From NCBI GenBank assembly GCA_902790465.1, contig CADASF010000005.1:70039-134038 (forward strand): a stretch of DNA of 64,000 nucleotides. Reading direction: 5' to 3'. This document shows positions 30,557-37,946 of this stretch, in pieces (position 1 is the stretch's first letter; every line of letters starts with the position of its first letter). Source of the stretch: an uncultured bacterium (lineage in GTDB: Bacteria > Vulcanimicrobiota > CADAWZ01). The position numbers and the translations under genes are program-made. The notes under the pieces are model-generated. The model saw nothing but the letters and a program-made list of their open reading frames with translations. It did no database searches and was not told where the DNA came from.

Positions 30557-31261
30557 TTATCTTTCACGCATTGGCTTACAGACCAATTTATTATTTCGTG
30601 CCTCTTTATTTATAGTTCCAGATACATCTTTATAAATTTCTGGTATAAAAAAATATTTTGTATTGTGAGCATCTATTGTCATTCTGTGAGAATCCATTAT
30701 TTTGCGGATATTCTCAGGAAGTTGATCAAAATGTATGGGATTTGTCGGATTATTTATTTTTTTATAATGATAAGGATGATTTTTAAAATCACTTCTATCA
30801 ATATTTTCTTCTTTTAATTTTGAGACACGGACTTGTAAACCTTGTTTTTTATTATGTCGTTTCGTTTTTTTCTTAAATTCACTTCTATCAGTATCTAATG
30901 ATTTTATAAATTCAAAATAATATTCATCAATCAATTCATAACAAAAAATATTATTTTCTTCAATCTCTACCTCAGAGAACTCACCTTGAAGAACAAATTT
31001 TGAAAAATAATCATATAAAATTTCTGACTCTGTATAGCTTTTTATAAAAAAAACAGGAACATGCCAAGTTTTAGTATAACAACAAACAATATAACCAAAT
31101 TTATCTATAGCAAACCACATAGAGCCAAAAATAGTGAGTTCTCTTGGTGTTATTCTATCTGTATTTGCTTCTAATTTTGAAACTCTATAAGCTTCATCTT
31201 GTAAATTCTCTGATGTATCTATTTCACTAAATACATTGTTCTTATTTTTTTTCTTACTCAT
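30557..31261 (-). CDS. Partner/putative immunity protein ImmA' (about 88% identical to ImmA)
   Basis: 234 aa; same motifs as ImmA. Confidence 0.6.
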   Translation of the reverse strand: MSKKKNKNNVFSEIDTSENLQDEAYRVSKLEANTDRITPRELTIFGSMWFAIDKFGYIVCCYTKTWHVPVFFIKSYTESEILYDYFSKFVLQGEFSEVEIEENNIFCYELIDEYYFEFIKSLDTDRSEFKKKTKRHNKKQGLQVRVSKLKEENIDRSDFKNHPYHYKKINNPTNPIHFDQLPENIRKIMDSHRMTIDAHNTKYFFIPEIYKDVSGTINKEARNNKLVCKPMRER

Positions 31262-31341
31262 TTAACTCTCCTCTAAATAAGGAATAGCATATAATTTTCC
31301 ACACAATATATGCTATTCCCTGTTTTTATTCTATTTAGTTA

Positions 31342-32007
31342 TTAAAGTTCTATTTCTGTATCAGTACATTCACTTTCTCTTTTTAGGAGATGTGGATATT
31401 CTTGAAACATTTTCTGACAATTTTTACAATATGAAATAGCCACTAACTTACCGCTATCATACTGAAATGGTCTTGTGAATCTGATATCTTTAATATTACT
31501 ACCCATATTTAAAAGACCATTTATTGCTCTAAATTCTGCACAACAAGCAACAACATTGCTTCCTTGAATATGCTCATTTATCTTACCAACTTTTTTAGAA
31601 AGATCTTTTAAAATCTTATTAATTCTTGGACGAGCTTGTTCAATTTTATTAATTCTTGGAGGATAAGAATCTGAGCAATCTACTTTTATATATCCCTTTT
31701 TTTTATCATAAGCCCCTATATAAGCTTTTTTATTAGCTTCCTTACTTCCTTCAATATCCTTTACTTCCTTGTAAAGTTTTCTTATTTTTCCAAAAATAAT
31801 CTGCTCGTAAAACCTATTTTCGTCTCGTTCAAGTAAACATTCATACTTTGAATAAGTATATGCAGATATTTTACCTTCCATATATGCCTTAGATAAATCA
31901 TCTAATATCCTATATTCAAATTTTTTTACAATATTTTCAATATCCATACAGGCAGGTAAAGGTTCTAAATCCCAATACCCTGAATTGTCAAAATTAAAGT
32001 TTTCCAC
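31342..32007 (-). CDS. Deaminase-fold protein DeamA' (about 65-70% identical to DeamA)
   Basis: ACCAEFRAINGLLNMG ... SYCKNCQKMF. Start reassigned to the GTG at 32007, preceded by the GGAGGTGAAATTAAA leader identical to DeamC. The ORF-track TTG at 32040 lies inside the leader palindrome. Confidence 0.55.
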   Translation of the reverse strand: MENFNFDNSGYWDLEPLPACMDIENIVKKFEYRILDDLSKAYMEGKISAYTYSKYECLLERDENRFYEQIIFGKIRKLYKEVKDIEGSKEANKKAYIGAYDKKKGYIKVDCSDSYPPRINKIEQARPRINKILKDLSKKVGKINEHIQGSNVVACCAEFRAINGLLNMGSNIKDIRFTRPFQYDSGKLVAISYCKNCQKMFQEYPHLLKRESECTDTEIEL

Positions 32008-32220
32008 TTTAATTTCACCTCCATTTTTTAAAATATTCAAAGAGCACTCTTTGTTGAAATTATTATATCAAAGTAAAATAAATCCGTCGTTGTCTAAGAA
32101 GTTGTAAAATAGTTGCATAAGGTTGTATTTTTTGCGTTAGTTAATGATTTTACAAAATAATTGTGATATAATGCAAATTGCGTATAAATTACAAAAATAT
32201 AATTAAAGGGGGGGGGAATA

Positions 32221-32808
32221 ATGTCTGCTCGTAGAGTGAAAACTTATATTGCTGGTGATTGGGATCATGATAAGGATTTGATAGATATATTAAAAAATAT
32301 ATTAAAAGAAATTATGTTAGAAGAAAATTCTAATGGTAAAGATTTAAAATCATATTTTACCGATATACATGAGAAAATACAAATAAGTGATAACAACCCT
32401 TATTGTATTATAAAAAAATCTTTAGATGAAAGATTTGAATTGTCAAAACTATTTATTTTAATTGTTGGCGAACATACAAATAAACTAACAAAGGGAATAT
32501 GTAGTTTTTGCAAAGATTATAATAAACATAATAAGACTTGTTCTCTTAATAATAAAATTGACAAAAAAAGTTATATAAAATATGAATGTGATAAAGCTTT
32601 TGAAAATGACTTAAAAATCATTGTAATTTATAAAGATTATAATGTTGAGGAAAAAAAATGTCCTGAAATTTTGAGAGAGGAAGGAACTCATATTCCTGCT
32701 TATACTTTAACAAAAAAATCCCCTCAATCAATTAAAATAGATAAGGACAAATTTTTAAATTTTCCTGAAATTGTAACTGAAATAGTGGGAGCATTGTACA
32801 CAGATTGA
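32221..32808 (+). CDS. Conserved Cys-rich hypothetical protein, copy 2 (TIR-like?)
   Basis: MSARRVKTYIAGDWDHDKD. Promoter ttgtgatataatgc (extended -10) 45 nt upstream. Confidence 0.5.
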   Translation: MSARRVKTYIAGDWDHDKDLIDILKNILKEIMLEENSNGKDLKSYFTDIHEKIQISDNNPYCIIKKSLDERFELSKLFILIVGEHTNKLTKGICSFCKDYNKHNKTCSLNNKIDKKSYIKYECDKAFENDLKIIVIYKDYNVEEKKCPEILREEGTHIPAYTLTKKSPQSIKIDKDKFLNFPEIVTEIVGALYTD

Positions 32809-32848
32809 TAAAAATGGTGCTGTGATCAATAAATTCCCCCCATTTTTG

Positions 32849-33245
32849 AAAACAGTCATGAAGATAAGAGATATTGCCTCTGAAATTTCTCTTGGTAAAT
32901 TTGAAAGTAGATTTAATTATGAGGTCATGGACGAATTAGAATGCCATAAAATATTCACAAGGACATAAAGAAAAGCCAGAAGTCAAAGTAAATGTTGAAT
33001 TAGCAGAGAAAGAACTTATTGTAAAAGTAAGTGATAATGGACCAGGTATTCCACAAGCTGATTTGGATTTGATTTTTGAAAAGTTCTTTAGAAGTGGAAG
33101 TAGATCGCAAAAAATTGAAGGTGTAGGTCTTGGTCTTTCAATAGTTAAGGAAATTGTAAATGCTCATGACGGCAAAATATATGCAGAAAGTCCAGAGGGG
33201 CAAGGTTGCACTTTCGTAGTCAAACTGCCACTAAAGGCAAAATAA
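32849..33245 (+). pseudogene. Truncated duplicate of the 3' end of the histidine-kinase gene (internal deletion)
   Basis: ...KTVMKIRDIASEISLGKFESRFNYEVMDEL joined to ...KYSQGHKEKPEVKVNVELAEKELIVKVSDNGPGIPQADLDLIFEKFFRSGSRSQKIEGVGLGLSIVKEIVNAHDGKIYAESPEGQGCTFVVKLPL. Corresponds to HK residues about 205-235 and 375-483. Confidence 0.85.
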
Positions 33246-33260
33246 ATCTTTTGGAAAACT

Positions 33261-33300
33261 AAAAACCTCGGTGAAAAGTAATTTCCACCGAGGTTTTTTT
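33261..33300. terminator. Conserved-stem hairpin H3 (variant loop)
   Basis: aaaaacctcggtg aaaagtaatttc caccgaggttttttt. Confidence 0.7.
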
Positions 33301-33599
33301 GTGAGTAAATCTTTCTTAAAAGCTAAATTCTATGATGTTGCTTTAAATTTTTTAAAATTTTCTATAGGGTGTTTTGGTAAAGTGTTTTTGCATATTTAAA
33401 ATTTGCTATAAACTATCTGTATATTACCATTTTATCTTGGCTAGGCTAATTAGTAGTTTAAAACACACTTTAGTTGTAGAAAAAGTTGCAAAAAACTTGC
33501 ATTTTGTTTTTTATGATTCTACAATATTTACAAAATTTCCAAATTGTGCAATAATTCAAATAGTGTACTATTACACAATTATTTTTTAGGAGGAAAAAA

Positions 33600-34844
33600 A
33601 TGTTCATTTTTTATACTTTTGCATGTTTCATTAGAAGTTTAATGGATAATTGGAATGTACAACCATACCAAGAAAAAATTATAAATAGCTTATTTAAAGC
33701 ATATATAGGGGATAAGAATTATAATGATTCATATTATTTACAGCCAGAAACAGTTAGTAAAGTTATGAAGAATAGTATAAACCTTCCAAATTTTGTAAAA
33801 GGAATAACTTCTGATGAAGACTATGATACAAAAATTTATTCTGCTATGTATAATTTTATTTTAGAAAATATTAATTCAATAGATAATTTAATTGATGAAT
33901 TAAAATCTGCTATTTTAGAAGCAGAAAATTTAAGTGAAACAGAAAAAGAAACTATTAAAAATTTAAAAACAGAAAAAAAAGAAGATAAAATAAATTTCAT
34001 ATGTGAAGCATTTAGAATTGCTTTAAAAAATGATAATAAACTAAAGATAGACCATAATTTAATTTGGAGAGGAAAAAATTCAGTAAATGCAATAATTGGA
34101 GATTTATTTAGCTATGGATTTAATAAAAGAAGAGAATGCAAAAATATTGTTGTAATTCCAGTTGATACATCTTTTGAAACCCATATTACAACAAAATTAG
34201 AAAAAGAAAAATATCCACTTGTTTCTGAAAAAACAATTCACGGAAAATTTCTTTCAAGGATGTATAAAATTACTGTAAAAAAAGAACCTCTACTAAAAAA
34301 TGATACGGAAAGTAAGCGTAAGAGATGTTATACTGAAGAAGGTATTAAAAATTTAATAGAAAACAACTTAAAAGAACAAGGAATCGAGCCTTCAGGAAAT
34401 AATTCTAAAAATAAGCCTCTATATCCAATTGGAACAATTGCTGTTATTTATCATCTTAATACCATTTTTTATCTTTTAGCTATATCAGAATTTGATGAAA
34501 ATAATAATGCTCAAAGTAATGAAAAAAATATAAAAATAGCAATAGAAAATCTTTTGGAATTTTATGATAAAAAAGGGCAAGGGTATTCTTTGTATCTGCC
34601 ATTAATAGGAACAGGATTATCACGAGTTCGTTCATCATCTGAAAAAATATCCAAAATGTCCCCCTCAATAGTTTGTTTATCTCCTAAAGAATCCTTTGAA
34701 TGTATTTTATCTACAATTATGGAAAAAACAGATAAGATATTAGGAGAAATAAATATTGTTATTTGGAAAGAAATACACCCAGAGCATTTGGAAGAGATAA
34801 ATTTATTTTTGAATACACTCAGAAAATCTGAAAAATTAAAATAA
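33600..34844 (+). CDS. Macro-domain-like protein, copy 2 (full length, 414 aa)
   Basis: NIVVIPVDTSFETHITT and LYLPLIGTGLSRV. About 75% identical to copy 1 with two indels. Confidence 0.45.
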   Translation: MFIFYTFACFIRSLMDNWNVQPYQEKIINSLFKAYIGDKNYNDSYYLQPETVSKVMKNSINLPNFVKGITSDEDYDTKIYSAMYNFILENINSIDNLIDELKSAILEAENLSETEKETIKNLKTEKKEDKINFICEAFRIALKNDNKLKIDHNLIWRGKNSVNAIIGDLFSYGFNKRRECKNIVVIPVDTSFETHITTKLEKEKYPLVSEKTIHGKFLSRMYKITVKKEPLLKNDTESKRKRCYTEEGIKNLIENNLKEQGIEPSGNNSKNKPLYPIGTIAVIYHLNTIFYLLAISEFDENNNAQSNEKNIKIAIENLLEFYDKKGQGYSLYLPLIGTGLSRVRSSSEKISKMSPSIVCLSPKESFECILSTIMEKTDKILGEINIVIWKEIHPEHLEEINLFLNTLRKSEKLK

Positions 34845-34865
34845 TCAATCAATAATTTATTATAA

Positions 34866-34908
34866 ACAAACCTCGGTGCTGAAATGATTTTCAACAACGA
34901 GGTTTTTA
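34866..34908. terminator. Conserved-loop hairpin H4 (one stem mismatch)
   Basis: aaacctcggtg ctgaaatgattttcaa caacgaggttttt. Confidence 0.65.
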
Positions 34909-34928
34909 GTTAAAATAATATTATGATT

Positions 34929-35414
34929 TTACTCTTTATAAATAGGTGGAACAAAAAAATATTTTATTTGGCGAGAATCAATTTGAATTTTATGATAATT
35001 CATTATATTTTGAATATTTTTAGGAAGTTGATTAAAATGTAAAGGTTTTTTGGGGAATGTAAGTTTTTTATACCAATAGGGATGAATCTCAAAATCTTTT
35101 TCATTATCTATTGTCTCATATTTAATGATAGAATCAAAAGAACTAATGCCTCTATCTAAAAGAATGACATCTTCCTCACCTATTAAATCATAGTCTAATT
35201 CATAAGAAAATTTTTCTATTTTTATATCTAAATTTGAAAATTCAGAACTAAATAAAAAAAAATTTTCTAAAACGCAAGTATTTTCTTGGCTTTTACATAC
35301 AAATTCTGGAACATTAAATGTTCCTGCGGATGTACAAGAAAAAACATAGCCATTTTTATCAATAGCAAACCATCTAATATCATTACAGAAAAGGTCTTCT
35401 TCGCTAAATCTCAT
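34929..35414 (-). CDS. Partner/putative immunity protein ImmC
   Basis: 161 aa. WFAIDKNGYVFSCTSAGTFNVPEF and HPYWYKK..LHFNQLPKNIQNIMNYHK. 5-nt gap to DeamC. RBS AAGGAGG. Confidence 0.6.
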   Translation of the reverse strand: MRFSEEDLFCNDIRWFAIDKNGYVFSCTSAGTFNVPEFVCKSQENTCVLENFFLFSSEFSNLDIKIEKFSYELDYDLIGEEDVILLDRGISSFDSIIKYETIDNEKDFEIHPYWYKKLTFPKKPLHFNQLPKNIQNIMNYHKIQIDSRQIKYFFVPPIYKE

Positions 35415-35419
35415 CTTTA

Positions 35420-36001
35420 TTAATCCTCCTTTAGTATTTCCATTCCTTCAAACATTTTTAAGCAATTGGGACAATATGGCACTATATCCCAACCCCAATT
35501 TTTTATTCTAACTGCTTTAATTAATCTAATTGCTTCTATATTACTACCTTGCCATAGCAATTTATTGACTACATGGAATTCAGCACATCTACCAACTTTA
35601 TTAAAAGTATTTTTTTCTCCTGTAATTTTTAATTCTTTTTCAATTTTATTAGAAGTATCTGTTTCTTCTTTCCTTGTAATTTTTAATCCTTTATCTTTCA
35701 TAATTTTTTTTAATTCGTCATGAATATCTTTGTCTGCGGGTGGACTTCTTGAATAATCTGCACAAGCATTTCCAGTATCTATATCATATCCTCCAATATA
35801 AACAGCAGGATTTTCATATTTCATTTTTATTCCATTTTTTCTATTATTTTCTCTTATTTTTTTAAAATCATCTATTTTCTTGTTTATTTCTTCTTCAGCT
35901 TTTTTTTCGTATGTTGCATTTTCTGTTCGTTCTTGTATATATATATTGTCATAATTTTTATATAAAAGTATTGGGTATTTAAAATGTTTGAAATATTTCA
36001 T
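35420..36001 (-). CDS. Deaminase-fold protein DeamC
   Basis: GRCAEFHVVNKLLWQG ... VPYCPNCLKMF. RBS GGAGGTG 8 nt upstream. Confidence 0.6.
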   Translation of the reverse strand: MKYFKHFKYPILLYKNYDNIYIQERTENATYEKKAEEEINKKIDDFKKIRENNRKNGIKMKYENPAVYIGGYDIDTGNACADYSRSPPADKDIHDELKKIMKDKGLKITRKEETDTSNKIEKELKITGEKNTFNKVGRCAEFHVVNKLLWQGSNIEAIRLIKAVRIKNWGWDIVPYCPNCLKMFEGMEILKED

Positions 36002-36174
36002 TTTAATTTCACCTCCAATTTTTTTTTAATATTCAAAAAGCACTTTTCGTTGATGTTATTATATCAAAGTAAAATAAATCCGTCGTTGTCTAAGAAGTTG
36101 TAAAATAGTTGCATAAGGTTGTATTTTTTGCGTTAGTTAATGATTTTACAAAATAAATTGTGATATAATGCAAA

Positions 36175-36786
36175 TTGCGTATAAATTACAAAAATATAAT
36201 TAAAGGGGTTGTAAAAATGATTGTTGATAGAATAAAAACTTATATAGCTGGAGATTGGGATAACGATAAGGATTTTATAAAAATATTAAAAAAAATATTA
36301 AAAGGAATTATTTTAGAAGAAAATTATAAAGGTAAAGATTTTAAAAAAAAATTTACCGATATACATGAAAAAATACAGATAAGTGATGACAACCCTTATT
36401 GTATTATAAAAAAATCTTTAGATGAAAGATTTGAACGATCAAAACTATTTATTTTAATTGTTGGAAAACATACAAATAAGCTAAAAAAGGGAATATGTAG
36501 TTTTTGCAAACATTATAATAAAAAAAGAAAGACATGCTCTATTGATAATGATGTTGATAAGCGGAGCTATATAAAATATGAATGTGATAAAGCTTTTGAA
36601 AATGACTTAAAAATAATCGTAATTTATAAAGATTATAAGGTAGAAAGAAAAAAATGTCCTAAAATTTTGAGAGAGGAAGGAACTCATATTCCTGCTTATA
36701 CTTTAACAAAAAAATCCCCTCAATCAATTAAAATAGATAAGAACAAATTTTTAAATTTTCCTGAAATTGTAGCTGAAATAGCGTGA
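36175..36786 (+). CDS. Conserved Cys-rich hypothetical protein, copy 3 (TIR-like?). Premature stop relative to copies 1 and 2.
   Basis: MIVDRIKTYIAGDWDNDKD. Ends ...EIVAEIA*, 5 codons earlier than the other copies. Start probably at 36217. Confidence 0.45.
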   Translation: MRINYKNIIKGVVKMIVDRIKTYIAGDWDNDKDFIKILKKILKGIILEENYKGKDFKKKFTDIHEKIQISDDNPYCIIKKSLDERFERSKLFILIVGKHTNKLKKGICSFCKHYNKKRKTCSIDNDVDKRSYIKYECDKAFENDLKIIVIYKDYKVERKKCPKILREEGTHIPAYTLTKKSPQSIKIDKNKFLNFPEIVAEIA

Positions 36787-36789
36787 GCA

Positions 36790-36967
36790 TTGTACACAGA
36801 TTGATATACAGAGGTCAAGTCATTCCAAAAGATGACTTGGTAACAGTCAGAGTTTGGGTAACCTCAAAATCAAATGATGACAAAGTAATTATCTGTGACG
36901 GCTAGCTTTCTGTTGATAGCAGAAACATCTACAAATTCTCCAACTTTGCACTAAAAATGATGTAAAT
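36790..36967 (+). pseudogene. Degraded second copy of the FabA/FabZ-like fragment
   Basis: About 90% nucleotide identity to 27808-27968, with frame-disrupting indels. Confidence 0.3.
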
Positions 36968-36987
36968 GCGTGAAAGATAAACAACAA

Positions 36988-37024
36988 AAAAACTCGGTGC
37001 TGATACCAAACACCGAGTTTTTTT
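36988..37024. terminator. Hairpin H5 (CTCGGTG stem variant) between the module array and the phosphoesterase gene
   Basis: aaaaactcggtg ctgataccaaa caccgagttttttt. Confidence 0.65.
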
Positions 37025-37035
37025 GTTTTTGATTC

Positions 37036-37929
37036 TTATATTTCAATTGTATATGGATTGACACCTTCAGGACTAAAGCTCATATTTACGCATTTTATTC
37101 TGCCTTTTACGAGTTCTTGTCTTTCATGGATATGTCCCCAAAGTGCAAGACAGACTTTTGGATGTCTATATAAAACTTCACCTAAATATTTACTTCCTGC
37201 CCAAGCATTTCTTACACAAGCCACAGCTGTTGCATTTTTTCTTATAAGACCTTCTTTAAATGGAACACAATGGAAAACTGCTACTATTTTTCTTGCATTT
37301 CCTTCTATAGAAGCTATGTCATCTTCGAGTTTTTCCTTCATTTGATCACAGAATATTACATCATCTGGAAAACCTTTTATATAATCAATGTCATTAGTTC
37401 CTGTCTGCTCAATACTAAAGAGGGTTTTTATTTTGACATATCCTCTTTTCCAATCTGCCTGTGTCATTTGAGCCCAACTTACTACTTGTTTTGTCTCTTG
37501 CAAATTATCATCAAGCCTTATGAATTTAGTTCCAAAAGGTGGTGAATAAGTTCTGACAAAAGTATAGTCAAACCAACCTATATTTCCTGCAAAACCAACA
37601 TCTTTATATAATAAAGGTTGTTTTTCAAGGGAATAAAAGCCATATTTTTCATATATTGCTGGAAGTACATTTTGTAATCTATTTAGAGATGTTTCTGTGC
37701 TGTTTTTATCTGCAATCCATAGATCATGGTTACCAGAAACATACATTTTTAGACCACGAAAATTTGATATAGATGCTAAAAAATCTTCTAAGGCAGCATC
37801 ATTGGCAGGAGCAATATCTCCTCCTAAAATAAGAACTTCTGCATCACTTTTATTTATTGCGTCAACCATTTGAGGCAATCTTGCATTGTTCTTTGGGATA
37901 TGAATATCTGAAACAGCTATTATTTTCAT
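37036..37929 (-). CDS. Calcineurin-like metallophosphoesterase
   Basis: Metal-binding motifs DIH...GDI...GNHD...GHIH. Confidence 0.8.
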   Translation of the reverse strand: MKIIAVSDIHIPKNNARLPQMVDAINKSDAEVLILGGDIAPANDAALEDFLASISNFRGLKMYVSGNHDLWIADKNSTETSLNRLQNVLPAIYEKYGFYSLEKQPLLYKDVGFAGNIGWFDYTFVRTYSPPFGTKFIRLDDNLQETKQVVSWAQMTQADWKRGYVKIKTLFSIEQTGTNDIDYIKGFPDDVIFCDQMKEKLEDDIASIEGNARKIVAVFHCVPFKEGLIRKNATAVACVRNAWAGSKYLGEVLYRHPKVCLALWGHIHERQELVKGRIKCVNMSFSPEGVNPYTIEI

Positions 37930-37946
37930 AGTTTTTTCTTTCCTAA

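Noticed and set aside
33374-33589. 71-aa plus-strand ORF in the promoter region of macro-like copy 2
   Set aside because: It covers the AGTTGCA operator repeats and the promoter, and is an AT-rich reading-frame artefact.
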